64,000 nucleotides of DNA from positions 70,283-134,282 of the forward strand of contig CAYUPH010000001.1 of NCBI GenBank assembly GCA_964446625.1, in the 5' to 3' direction. How positions within the stretch are numbered: position 1 is the stretch's first letter; each line of letters begins with the position of its first letter. The notes beneath the pieces are model-generated. The model saw only the letters and a program-made list of their open reading frames with translations. It was not told where the DNA came from and searched no databases. Origin of the DNA: an uncultured Candidatus Saccharibacteria bacterium. Lineage in GTDB: Bacteria; Patescibacteriota; Minisyncoccia; Phycocordibacterales; CAIRYW01. This document shows, piece by piece, positions 46,212 to 56,248 of this stretch. A program made the translations under genes and the position numbers.

Positions 46212-48950
46212 GTGTTAAGGAAAACCTTAAAAAAAAGTTTAGTTTTCTCTATTATTATCGCCTGCTTTTGTGGAGCTTTTCCAAATTTGACCCATGCAAC
46301 TATGCAGTCTTTTTTGGTGAAGAAGGCGAATATAACAGTCAACGGAGTTACATATGACATACCACAGGATCCTTCTTGGATAAACCAAGCCATATTAGGT
46401 TGGAAATCTATTTTTTCTGACGCAGCTCAAGGCGTCGGAAATGATGTTGCAATTGGAATAACAACTGCGCTCCCAAAAGCATTGAGTGGTTTTATAACCC
46501 ACTTCTTTATCGATGGATTCTTTATGATCGCAACAGGTATCCTCATAATTTCCACTTTTCTTTTTAATATAATTTTCGAGATAACATTGGTGGACATGGG
46601 AGGACTATTGGGTCGTTTTACAGCAATTGGCGCAGTATGGAAACTTATGCGCGACTTAGGGAATGTAGTAATGATTTTTACACTTCTGTACTATTCCTTT
46701 TCTCTTATGCTTAATCTAGATGAGGGGGGAGTAAAAAGAGGAATTAGTAAACTTATTATTGTTGCAATGCTTATTAACTTCAGTATGTTTTTTACTAAAA
46801 GCATTATTGATGTAGGAAACATACTTGCTTTAGGATTTTATAACAAAATATCTATTTCAAATGAGAGTCAGTTTGAAAAGGAAAATAAAGTTTTGATTGA
46901 AAAACTAAGAGCAAATAATTTATTAGGCTACTTTGTCCAAGGATATTCTGCTGCGAAAAGAAGCGTAGGTCTAGCAAGTGCATTTCTTTCTGGTTTTAAT
47001 TTCCAAAAAATAAAAGCTAACCCTGGGAGTTTTTTTCAAAATGCCACGTCAGTTAGCTCTATCGATGTCACTCTAAACAATGTTCTAACGATACATATTA
47101 TAGGAACCTTGATGATGCTTTTTTTATCAATTGTTTTTCTTGCTGCAACTATTATCTTTATAAAAAGGTTTATAGTACTACTAGTACTCATAATTATTTC
47201 CCCTTTAGCTTTTATTGCGATGGTTTTACCACGGGGTATGGGTGAAGAAATGGGGGGGACTTTTTGGAAAAAACTAATCTCGGAAGCACTTGCGGCCCCG
47301 GTCTTTATGTTCATGATCTGGCTTGGATTTAAGATAATAACTGATGAGCAGTTTAAACTAGCTATTAAGTCTGATAATTATCCATTTCTTTCTCTCCCTG
47401 TTATCTTTTCATATACCATAGCAAACTTCATACTCGTCGGATCTCTTATTGCAAGCCAAAAAGTAGGAGCTTCAGGTGCAGAACAGGCTATAAATGTTTA
47501 TAAAGGTGTTAAGGGGTGGGTAGGACAAAATACTGTAGGCCGTGCCGCCTACCAAGTTCTAGAAAAAGGTGGGACTGCACATTGGTTGTATCAAACAAGA
47601 GCTGATGGTATTGGACGAAACATACCTTTTGTTGGAAAAGGAGTGCAGGCAATGACAAAGTTTGGTGCATCAAAAATCTTTGACACACTTCACCACACCG
47701 CATCCTCAAAGTTTGATAGCATTCCCTCTTTTGGTGATCATGGACATGGTGATCATGGACACGGTGATCATGGACATGAACCGGGAGGATTTGCAAAAAA
47801 AATCAGCGATGATGCTAAGAAAAAAATGGACTGGATAAATGAAAACAAAAATAATCCTAAAGAGTGGATAGGAACTCTTATGTTGAAGCAATATAAAGAA
47901 GGTAATAATAGTGATTATGACACAAAAGTAGTCGAAAGAGTCATTGAAACTATGAAGATAGAAGACCTTGCAGAAATGACACGTACTGTTGATTTAGAAA
48001 AGAAGGAATTAGAGGAAAAGGACAAGGAAGGAAAACTAGGCGCTAAAGAAAAAGAACGTCTTGCAGTTCTTCAAGGTTTTAGAGAGCTTATTGATCACCG
48101 TCTACCTGCCAATACAGCAGAGCAACTTCGTAGAAAAGTAGAAGGTCCAACACGAGTAAACCAAATTGAATTTGACAGACTAGCAAAAAATATATTCCAG
48201 AGAGATGCTCAGGGTAATCTGAATAGTAGCGGAAGAACAATGGAAGAGATTGTATCACTCCAGGCAGCCCTCAGAGAATTAAGAAAGAATCCGAATGCCA
48301 CTCCTACAGTAAAAATGGCAGATGGAACGGTAAAGACTTTTATCGGAGAAGTTGGTATAAGAGAAGCACAAAAGAAGATTGGAATAAATTACAAAGAAAA
48401 AAACATCTCCGCACTTCGCCAGTACTATTCTTCATTAAACGGAAAACAGAAAACAGGACTTACAGGTGAGTCTCTGATTAATAAGGCAGTTCTTGACTTA
48501 AATAACGATACTGATGTCTTTGAACAAATGCAAAGGGAAGCAAAACAAACAGGAAAGGAAAAAGAATCTATGGGGAGCGTAGGATTGAGTCATAAGAGAA
48601 ACTTCGAACTTTATAGTAAAATTAAGGAAAAACACGCCCAAAATCAGGATTATTCTACAGAGGAAAGTGAGCTTATTGAAAATCTTCGAGACAGAGGACT
48701 GCACATAGAAGGAGAGGGTGATCAAATGAGAGAACTAACTCCTGAAGAACTTCTAAAAAAATATGTTGCAGAGGAATACAATGACGGCTCAAAACTTGAG
48801 AAGTATTTCAAAAACAATGGAGCAAGATTTTACGGTGAGGAAAGTCCAGAAAGAGAAGTTGAACGAGTTAAAGAAATGTTTGCGGCACGCAGACAACCAC
48901 CAGCGGGAGGCGCTACCCCTCCTCCTCTCCCTGGAGGGCCTCGACCATAA
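46212..48950 (+). CDS. VirB6/TrbL-like polytopic membrane protein with a long charged C-terminus
   Basis: Multiple TMs with W..RDL.N, LINFS.F, R...L..L.I.SPLAF....LP and APVF patterns; lies upstream of PrgI/VirB4. Confidence 0.7.
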   Translation: MLRKTLKKSLVFSIIIACFCGAFPNLTHATMQSFLVKKANITVNGVTYDIPQDPSWINQAILGWKSIFSDAAQGVGNDVAIGITTALPKALSGFITHFFIDGFFMIATGILIISTFLFNIIFEITLVDMGGLLGRFTAIGAVWKLMRDLGNVVMIFTLLYYSFSLMLNLDEGGVKRGISKLIIVAMLINFSMFFTKSIIDVGNILALGFYNKISISNESQFEKENKVLIEKLRANNLLGYFVQGYSAAKRSVGLASAFLSGFNFQKIKANPGSFFQNATSVSSIDVTLNNVLTIHIIGTLMMLFLSIVFLAATIIFIKRFIVLLVLIIISPLAFIAMVLPRGMGEEMGGTFWKKLISEALAAPVFMFMIWLGFKIITDEQFKLAIKSDNYPFLSLPVIFSYTIANFILVGSLIASQKVGASGAEQAINVYKGVKGWVGQNTVGRAAYQVLEKGGTAHWLYQTRADGIGRNIPFVGKGVQAMTKFGASKIFDTLHHTASSKFDSIPSFGDHGHGDHGHGDHGHEPGGFAKKISDDAKKKMDWINENKNNPKEWIGTLMLKQYKEGNNSDYDTKVVERVIETMKIEDLAEMTRTVDLEKKELEEKDKEGKLGAKEKERLAVLQGFRELIDHRLPANTAEQLRRKVEGPTRVNQIEFDRLAKNIFQRDAQGNLNSSGRTMEEIVSLQAALRELRKNPNATPTVKMADGTVKTFIGEVGIREAQKKIGINYKEKNISALRQYYSSLNGKQKTGLTGESLINKAVLDLNNDTDVFEQMQREAKQTGKEKESMGSVGLSHKRNFELYSKIKEKHAQNQDYSTEESELIENLRDRGLHIEGEGDQMRELTPEELLKKYVAEEYNDGSKLEKYFKNNGARFYGEESPEREVERVKEMFAARRQPPAGGATPPPLPGGPRP
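47733..47777 (+). repeat. 15-bp tandem repeat x3 encoding (GDHGH)3
   Basis: GGTGATCATGGACAY three times. Confidence 0.9.
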
Positions 48951-48974
48951 AACAAGTTGTTAAGAAATTACTAA

Positions 48975-49874
48975 ATGCAAAAATACTCAACTGATCAATA
49001 TAATAAAATCTTCTACAGTCTCCCAAAAGAGATTCAAGATATTGTTGTTGCGTACAGTACAACCGAAAAGTTGTACGAAATTGGTCAAACTCACAAACTC
49101 CATATAGACCAAATTGGCGTTATGAATGATGTCGCTTTTGATGTCATGATGGGAATTACTTCTACAAAAAACATGGTTGCTGAGCTTGCAAAAGAACTCC
49201 AAATCCCTGAGCTTGAAGCAAGTAAAATAGCGTTTGATGTGGATGAACAAATCTTTAAGCCAATTAAGGAAATAATGAAAAAGGTATACGGTGACGGGAG
49301 TCCAATGCGACCAAAGCCGAGCTACCAGTATGTTCACGAGGAGGATGAAAAAGACATAGAAACACATACTTCAAGGGCCAACCTTTTAAAAGAGATTGAA
49401 GCCCCTGAAGAAGCTCAAGTGAAAAAGATAGTATTAAACCCAGCTCCAGAAAAACAATCTATATCTCCACCAGAAAAGCCGGTAGCAGAAGAGACAAAGA
49501 AAACAGAGGACGGCTTACGGATGGATGAAACATTAAAACAAAAGAGAGAGAAACTACTCCAGTCCATTGCAGACAAGAAACTGAGCTCTATGACAGTAAT
49601 GAAAGCTGAAGAAGAAACACTTTCCGTCGCACCTCCTAGATTCATTCCTGCCTCTCCGGTTGTAAGTAAAGAAATTCCATCTCTTAGTCCAAAAATCGAC
49701 GAGAAAAATGCAGAAAAGCCAAAAAGAAAGATAATTGATCCATTCCTCAATCAAATACAGCAAAATAAAGTTACAGAAGATGTGGTAGAAAAAGACAATA
49801 AGACTCCTACGATCGAAGAAACCGCACAAAAGCAAGAAAAGATTATAGACCCTTACAGGGAACCAATCGAATAA
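48975..49874 (+). CDS. Hypothetical protein with a helical N-domain and Pro/Glu/Lys-rich tail
   Basis: 299 aa, ends DPYREPIE; hairpin terminator follows. Confidence 0.7.
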   Translation: MQKYSTDQYNKIFYSLPKEIQDIVVAYSTTEKLYEIGQTHKLHIDQIGVMNDVAFDVMMGITSTKNMVAELAKELQIPELEASKIAFDVDEQIFKPIKEIMKKVYGDGSPMRPKPSYQYVHEEDEKDIETHTSRANLLKEIEAPEEAQVKKIVLNPAPEKQSISPPEKPVAEETKKTEDGLRMDETLKQKREKLLQSIADKKLSSMTVMKAEEETLSVAPPRFIPASPVVSKEIPSLSPKIDEKNAEKPKRKIIDPFLNQIQQNKVTEDVVEKDNKTPTIEETAQKQEKIIDPYREPIE

Positions 49875-49944
49875 AACAGACCGATTCCGGTCTGTTTTAT
49901 TTTTCTGTTTTCTTTTTTAGGATTATAATTAGTCTATATATTTT

Positions 49945-50445
49945 ATGCAGTACCAAGTTCCACAATTTATTGAAGTCGAGGATAAAATCTTTGGACCCCT
50001 TACCTTTAAACAATTTGCATATCTTGTAGGGGGCGGGGGGATTTCTTTTCTTGTTCACAGATTCATTGGTTTCCCTTTTTCAATACTTATTGCTCTCCCA
50101 ACTCTTGCTTTTGCACTCGCTATGGCATTTTACAGAGTGAACAATAAGCCTTTTATTGAAATTTTTGAAGCAGCAGTCAAATATACCCTTGGGAGCAAGC
50201 TCTATGTTTGGAAAAAACAAGAAAAAAGGGTAGCCCCCGAGGCAGCTGTTCAAATGCCTGGATCTAGTGTGTATGTTCCAAAACTCTCTGAGTCGAAACT
50301 TCGGGAACTTACATGGAACCTCGACATTAATGAGACGATTTATTCAAATGAAGAAAGACGAGAAAGGGATGAAAAGACTGGAAGGGAAGGACCTCTGAAT
50401 GCATTTAAAGGTCTTTCCTACGATTTAAATGAAAATATGAGATAA
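49945..50445 (+). CDS. PrgI-family (VirB3-like) protein
   Basis: MQYQVPQFIEVEDKIFGPLTFKQF followed by two TMs. Confidence 0.85.
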   Translation: MQYQVPQFIEVEDKIFGPLTFKQFAYLVGGGGISFLVHRFIGFPFSILIALPTLAFALAMAFYRVNNKPFIEIFEAAVKYTLGSKLYVWKKQEKRVAPEAAVQMPGSSVYVPKLSESKLRELTWNLDINETIYSNEERRERDEKTGREGPLNAFKGLSYDLNENMR

Positions 50446-50452
50446 TAACTTT

Positions 50453-51091
50453 ATGAGTGATTCAAGAAGTTCTCAAGACTTTGTTCCAATAAAAGAAATT
50501 CGTGACGGAATAGTTGTCCTTAAAACAGGAGGGCTTCGTGGTGTTGTTATGACCTCTTCAATAAACTTTGCCCTCAAAAGTGCAGACGAACAAAACGCAA
50601 TTATCTACCAATTTCAAAACTTTCTAAACTCCCTTAACTTTTCAATTCAGATTCAAACACAATCCAGGCGACTTGATATCCGTCCATATATTGCGCTCCT
50701 CGAAAATGTTGAAAGGGAACAGAAAAATGATCTGCTCCGAATCCAAACAAGGGAGTATATCCAATTTATCAAGACATTCACCGACACAGTAAACATTATG
50801 ACGAAAACTTTCTTTGTTGTGGTGGAGTACACCCCAGCTATCCTTCAGACAAAAAAAGGGATTTCAGGTATGTTCTCAAAGAGTAATGACAAAACAAAAA
50901 AGGAGAGCTTTGAAGAAAACAGAACACAGCTTCTCCAGAGAATGGAAGTAGTTATCCAAGGACTTACACGAATGGGACTACGCAGTGTTCCACTTGGCAC
51001 CGAAGAACTTGTAGAGCTATATTACAAAATTATGAATCCAGGGGAAACAGAAAAACCAATTAATGTTGAAGCCGCAATGGCACTTAACTAA
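50453..51091 (+). CDS. Conjugation-type protein resembling the VirB4/TraC N-terminal region
   Basis: INFALKS..EQ......FQNFLNSL.F.IQI...SR; located between PrgI and the ATPase. Confidence 0.7.
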   Translation: MSDSRSSQDFVPIKEIRDGIVVLKTGGLRGVVMTSSINFALKSADEQNAIIYQFQNFLNSLNFSIQIQTQSRRLDIRPYIALLENVEREQKNDLLRIQTREYIQFIKTFTDTVNIMTKTFFVVVEYTPAILQTKKGISGMFSKSNDKTKKESFEENRTQLLQRMEVVIQGLTRMGLRSVPLGTEELVELYYKIMNPGETEKPINVEAAMALN

Positions 51092-51092
51092 C

Positions 51093-52904
51093 ATGTCATT
51101 ACTTGATAAACTTTTAGGAAAAAAACAAGAAGAAGCCCAGCCTGTAACAGCTATCTTGCCTGAGGAAATTTACCAGGCAGGAGTCCTTGAGCTCAAAGAT
51201 GTCATTGCACCATCAGCCCTGAAGATTACACCTCGTGAAATTAACCTTGGTGACAAGATCGCTCGAACATTTTTTGTGATCTCGTACCCTCGCTTTCTTA
51301 CAGAAAGTTGGTTTGCTCCGATTGTAAACCTCGACAAAATTTTTGATGTTTCAGTATTCATTCACCCAATTGATACAGCACAAATCCTAAGACAATTTCA
51401 AAAAAAGGTTGCCGAAGTGCAAAGCCAGATTTCGGAAAGGGAATCCAAGGGACTTGTAAGGGACCCGATGCTCGACACCGCGTACCAAGACCTCGAAACA
51501 CTGCGAGACCAACTCCAGCAGGCACAAGAGAGACTTTTTGAAGTAGGGCTCTATATTACAATCTACTCAAACACAACAGAGGAGCTTGATAAAATCGAAT
51601 CTGAACTAAAATCAATCCTTGAATCAAAACTTGTTTACTTAAAACCAGCGCTCTTCCAACAAGAACAAGGTTTTAGAAGTGTCATGCCAATCGCAACAGA
51701 TGAGCTCGAAGTACACTCAAAATTAAACTCTTCTCCTCTTTCAAGCATCTTTCCTTTTATTTCATTTGACCTTACGAGTGATAAGGGAATACTTTTTGGT
51801 ATTAACAGACACAACTCCTCTCTAATTCTCTTTGACAGATTCTCACTAGAAAACTATAACTCAGTTACATTTGCGAAAGCCGGAGCAGGAAAAAGTTATT
51901 GTACAAAACTTGAAATACTCCGTTCACTTATGTTTGATACTGATGTGATTGTTATTGACCCAGAGAGGGAATACGAATATATGGCAGAATCAACGGGAGG
52001 TCGCTACTTTAATATCTCGCTTACTTCAGAGCACCATATCAACCCATTTGATCTTCCTACCCCTCGAGAAGACGAATCTCCAGCGGATGTTCTTCGATCG
52101 CACATTATTAACCTAGTAGGACTCTTCCGAATTATGCTTGGCGGACTCACACCTGAGGAAGATGCAATCATCGACCGCGCGATTACTGAAACCTATGCCC
52201 TCAAAGATATTTCTCCATCAAGTAAGTTTGACACTATCGAACCACCTCTTATGTCTGACTTTGAGCTCGTTCTTGCAGGTATGGAAGGAGGAGGATCGCT
52301 CGTTCAGAGACTTGAGAAATATACAAAGGGAACGTGGGCAGGATTCATTAACAGACCAACAAACGTTGATATCAATAAAAAGTTCGTAGTTTTCTCTCTT
52401 CGAGACATGGAAGATGAACTAAAGCCTGTTGCGATGTACATTGTGACTCATTACATCTGGAATGCTATTAGACAAAAACTAAAGAAGCGTCTTCTCGTGA
52501 TCGATGAGGCCTGGTGGATGATGAAAAGTGAGGATACTGCTTCCTTCCTTCTTGGACTTGCAAAACGAGGACGAAAATATTATCTTGCTCTTTCAACAAT
52601 TACACAAGACGTCGAAGACTTTCTTAAATCCCCTTATGGGCTTCCTATTATTACAAACTCATCTATCCAAATACTCCTTAAACAGTCGCCTTCTTCAATC
52701 GACATAATTCAACGTACTTTTAATCTCACTGATGAAGAAAAGTTTCTGCTTCTTGAGTCAGATGTAGGAGAGGGAATCTTTTTTGCAGGACTAAAACACG
52801 TTGCGATTAAAATTATTGCTTCCTATACCGAGGATCAAATCATTACATCAAATCCTGAGCAAGTTCTCGCAATCAGAGAGGCAAAAAGAAATAGCGAAAT
52901 ATAA
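51093..52904 (+). CDS. virB4: VirB4/TraE-family T4SS ATPase
   Basis: Walker A variant AKAGAGKS, VIDPEREY, INPFD, Walker B LLVIDEAW, RGRKY, ITQ. Confidence 0.88.
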   Translation: MSLLDKLLGKKQEEAQPVTAILPEEIYQAGVLELKDVIAPSALKITPREINLGDKIARTFFVISYPRFLTESWFAPIVNLDKIFDVSVFIHPIDTAQILRQFQKKVAEVQSQISERESKGLVRDPMLDTAYQDLETLRDQLQQAQERLFEVGLYITIYSNTTEELDKIESELKSILESKLVYLKPALFQQEQGFRSVMPIATDELEVHSKLNSSPLSSIFPFISFDLTSDKGILFGINRHNSSLILFDRFSLENYNSVTFAKAGAGKSYCTKLEILRSLMFDTDVIVIDPEREYEYMAESTGGRYFNISLTSEHHINPFDLPTPREDESPADVLRSHIINLVGLFRIMLGGLTPEEDAIIDRAITETYALKDISPSSKFDTIEPPLMSDFELVLAGMEGGGSLVQRLEKYTKGTWAGFINRPTNVDINKKFVVFSLRDMEDELKPVAMYIVTHYIWNAIRQKLKKRLLVIDEAWWMMKSEDTASFLLGLAKRGRKYYLALSTITQDVEDFLKSPYGLPIITNSSIQILLKQSPSSIDIIQRTFNLTDEEKFLLLESDVGEGIFFAGLKHVAIKIIASYTEDQIITSNPEQVLAIREAKRNSEI

Positions 52905-52906
52905 AT

Positions 52907-53881
52907 ATGATTGCGTTTCTATGGAACTGGGTGGTGTGTCTTTTTGTTCCTTTTGCAGGAACAATAACTATTTTTGCTGAAGGAATTGTGGGAAAAGATA
53001 TAAATGGCAGAAAGATAAAAAGTCATTTGTTCCATATTCTTCTAGCATTTGTCTCTCTAGGGATTGATCTGCTCCTTCTTGGATACGGAGGAAATATCGT
53101 CCGGGCAATAGTTAAGATTTTAGGTCGTCCGTTTGCAAAAATAGGAGAAAAAACTGTTACTACAGCAGTTCAAACTTCTGTTAAAAGCACTTCACGTGTG
53201 GGAAGTCGTGCAACTGGGCGAATAACGGAAAGAAAACTTGCTCAAGAAAGCGAAAAAGTTGCTCAGGAAGCTATCGAATCTACAACTAGGCAAATCCAAA
53301 ATGAAAGTGAACATGGTTTTAAAGAGTTTAAAAAAAATGAACAAGCCCGAATTTCAGAAAAAGAGAAAATAGATCTCTCTAGTATGAAAGAAAACATTGA
53401 GAAAGCTCGACAAGACAATCTCGATGACTCGAATTCGCAATCAGAATTTGGTACCATATCAGAAGATCTGTTTAGTAGCGCAAAGGAAGAATCTAAATTT
53501 GCATCCAAACTCGAAAAAGCAATAGAAAGAGATCCTTCGCTAAAGAATGTAGCTGCAAAAAAGGTTACGCAAAATATTCCTGAGATGTCGAAAGTATTTG
53601 ATCAAAAAAAGGACCCGAGTAAGAGAGAAAAAATGAAAGAAAAGATCTTGTCACAAGTGCTACAAGAACAAGATGTAAATGTTGCTTTTGAAAAACTTGC
53701 CCAAAAAATTCGACATAACCCGCGCTCTCTAAAAAAACTAGAAATGATGATTTTAAAATTACCCCCTTCAGACCTAGTAAAGAAAGATGACCTAAAAAAA
53801 ATTGTCACATCCTTAATAGAAGGTTCAACTCCGGAGGTTAACACTTCTACAAAAAACACCGAAAACAATGCACGAAAGTGA
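52907..53881 (+). CDS. Hypothetical protein with a pre-toxin-TG-like N-terminus
   Basis: FVPFAG....AEGIVGKDING.KI followed by a hydrophobic Gly-rich helix; charged helical C-terminus. Confidence 0.6.
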   Translation: MIAFLWNWVVCLFVPFAGTITIFAEGIVGKDINGRKIKSHLFHILLAFVSLGIDLLLLGYGGNIVRAIVKILGRPFAKIGEKTVTTAVQTSVKSTSRVGSRATGRITERKLAQESEKVAQEAIESTTRQIQNESEHGFKEFKKNEQARISEKEKIDLSSMKENIEKARQDNLDDSNSQSEFGTISEDLFSSAKEESKFASKLEKAIERDPSLKNVAAKKVTQNIPEMSKVFDQKKDPSKREKMKEKILSQVLQEQDVNVAFEKLAQKIRHNPRSLKKLEMMILKLPPSDLVKKDDLKKIVTSLIEGSTPEVNTSTKNTENNARK

Positions 53882-53919
53882 GAGGAAAGTACTTGTACAC
53901 CATGCTATAATATATACCA

Positions 53920-54954
53920 ATGAAAAAGTTTTATTTTTCACTAATTATTATAATATGTTTTATTGCAGCTTTTTTCTCCTTTAAAGCTTTGGGTCAGGGT
54001 ACACTTTCTATACCCGCACAAATTAATGGACTAGAAGAACAAATCTCACTAAAAGTAAGTCCTCAAGTACCTGAACCTGGAAAGCCTGTAGTTCTTACAG
54101 TAAATGCTTATGGAACAGATATATCGAAAGCAAAAATTACATGGAAAACTGATGGAAAGGTAGTATTAGGGCCAGGAGTAGCAACCTCCTTAACCTTAAC
54201 TATGGGCACAATTGGTGAGGCTGTTACTGTAGAAGTGATCGTTGAACCTTTTAATGGACCAGCTGTAAACAAAAAAGTCACCCTCATACCTGGCGAGGTT
54301 GATTTAATCTGGGAGGCAGAGGGATACAATCCACCATTTTATAAGGGGAAGATCTTTTATGGTCCTGAGAAAAATGTAAAAGTGGTTGCAATTCCAAATA
54401 TATATGATACTTCTGGCAAAAAAGTGAACCCTCTAAATCTGGACTTTAAATGGAGTAAAAATAATGAGATAGAAGGCAGCGTCTCTGGTGCTGGAAAAAA
54501 CTACTGGCCTTTTAAAGGGTGGATATTACTCAAGAGTATCGAAGTTGGAGTTACTGTAGGAAGTGAAGGAAAAGTAAGAGGGCAAAGTAGCTTTAACCTA
54601 CCATCTTTCTTTCCAGAGGTAAGAATGTATGAAAATAGTGGAATTTATGGAATTCTTTTTAATAGATCGCTTTTAGGTACATCAGAACTTAAGGATACTG
54701 AACAAACAGTTGAAGTGTACCCATTTAGTTTTGGAATCCAAAACCGCACTGACCCCGCTTTTCGTGTAACTTGGCAGATGAATAGAAAAAATATTTTTTC
54801 AACAGAAGGTAAATCAAAAATTACAGTAAGAAATACTGAGAATGAAAGTGGGGAAGCAGAACTAGGTGTGAAAGCGCAGAATATAAATTACACATTTGAT
54901 GAAAGTGCAGGAAGATTCACACTAAAGTTTAGCAAAAAGGATTTTGAATTTTAA
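53920..54954 (+). CDS. Secreted protein with tandem Ig-like beta domains
   Basis: Signal peptide, beta-strand-rich, repeated F/IxW motifs. Confidence 0.7.
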   Translation: MKKFYFSLIIIICFIAAFFSFKALGQGTLSIPAQINGLEEQISLKVSPQVPEPGKPVVLTVNAYGTDISKAKITWKTDGKVVLGPGVATSLTLTMGTIGEAVTVEVIVEPFNGPAVNKKVTLIPGEVDLIWEAEGYNPPFYKGKIFYGPEKNVKVVAIPNIYDTSGKKVNPLNLDFKWSKNNEIEGSVSGAGKNYWPFKGWILLKSIEVGVTVGSEGKVRGQSSFNLPSFFPEVRMYENSGIYGILFNRSLLGTSELKDTEQTVEVYPFSFGIQNRTDPAFRVTWQMNRKNIFSTEGKSKITVRNTENESGEAELGVKAQNINYTFDESAGRFTLKFSKKDFEF

Positions 54955-55892
54955 TGGATAATATAATTAAAAAGTCCGTAATCATTATTACATTTTTATT
55001 GGTTTTAGTGATTCCTTTTTTTTCACACGCCTATGTCCCCCTTGTCCAAGTAGACGGCCTAACAACGAACCTTGACTCCAATAACCCAAACCTCATCAGT
55101 GAATACTTGCTTGGGCTTTATAAGTTTGGGGTAGGGCTCGCAGCAGCTATTGCTATAGTCCTCATTATTATTGGAGGATTTCAGTATGCCACAACAGACG
55201 CTATCGGAGGGAAGGAGGATGGAAAGGAGAGAATAAGAAATGCTATTGGAGGACTCCTTCTTGCTTTGTTTTCTTTTTTAATTCTTAACACAATTGATCC
55301 AAGACTGACGAGTGTGGATTTTAATGTCGGAGAAGTGGAGGTGGAAACATCCTCGGTTCTTTCTATTGCTATTGGGTTGCGCAGTGATGCAGATATGCAG
55401 TATGCAGGAGACGGGGGAGAGCTTCCTTCTCCAAATATGGACTTTGATGTTGTTAATCATTTAGATTTAAGTTCAAGTGGTACCGCAGGAAACTATCGTA
55501 GCACTTGGTATAATAAAAATGAAAAAGGAGCGGATAAATGGACAATAAAGGGGCAAACCTCTACTGGAATCCCACTAAGATTTGCAGACGCAAACACAGT
55601 TGGTGTTGCTGCAGTTGACCCAAATATTATTCCATACGGAAGCGTTATTTTGGTAGGATCGGGTGCAAATAGAAGAGTGTATGTTGCTGGAGATACAGGG
55701 TCTGCCGTAGTTAATAGAACCGCATCTGGACGAACTGTACCTGTCATAGATTTTTATAGTCAAGGACAGGTAGGTAGAGAATACGATAATTTCAGTGTCA
55801 TTCCTTATACTGGAGGAAACTTCCAGTCTCTATCGGGAGAAAACAAAGCAGCTGTTATAGAGAATATTCGTTCAACATATTTAAGTCACTAA
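54954..55892 (+). CDS. T4SS pilin-like (VirB2/TrbC-like) domain fused to a 3D (MltA-like) domain
   Basis: Two-helix pilin pattern IIIGGFQY.......GKERI.NAIGGLLLAL.SFLIL.TI.P; C-terminal AAVDPNIIPYGS, AGDTGSAV, VIDFY. Confidence 0.8.
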   Translation: MDNIIKKSVIIITFLLVLVIPFFSHAYVPLVQVDGLTTNLDSNNPNLISEYLLGLYKFGVGLAAAIAIVLIIIGGFQYATTDAIGGKEDGKERIRNAIGGLLLALFSFLILNTIDPRLTSVDFNVGEVEVETSSVLSIAIGLRSDADMQYAGDGGELPSPNMDFDVVNHLDLSSSGTAGNYRSTWYNKNEKGADKWTIKGQTSTGIPLRFADANTVGVAAVDPNIIPYGSVILVGSGANRRVYVAGDTGSAVVNRTASGRTVPVIDFYSQGQVGREYDNFSVIPYTGGNFQSLSGENKAAVIENIRSTYLSH

Positions 55893-56248
55893 TGAAAAAG
55901 CAAATATTTAAATTTTTATTTTTTGTCACTTTTTTTCCACTTATTTGCTTCGGCTACACCCCCCTTGTCCAAGTAGACGGCCTAACAACGAACCTTGATT
56001 CCAATAACCCAAACCTCATCAGTGAATACTTGCTTGGGCTTTATAAGTTTGGGGTAGGGCTCGCAGCAGCTATTGCTATAGTCCTCATTATTATTGGAGG
56101 ATTTCAGTATGCCACAACAGACGCTATCGGAGGGAAGGAGGATGGAAAGGAGAGAATAAGAAATGCTATTGGAGGACTCCTTCTTGCTTTGTTTTCTTTT
56201 TTAATTCTTAACACAATTGATCCAAGACTGACGAGTGTGGATTTTAAT
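55037..56248 (+). repeat. 289-bp direct repeat (55037-55325 and 55960-56248)
   Basis: Identical by eye except one synonymous C/T (GAC vs GAT). Confidence 0.93.

Noticed and set aside
55037-56248. 289-bp repeat as a DGR template/variable repeat pair
   Set aside because: The only difference is a C/T, not adenine-specific; both copies are in-frame coding; no reverse transcriptase is in the window.
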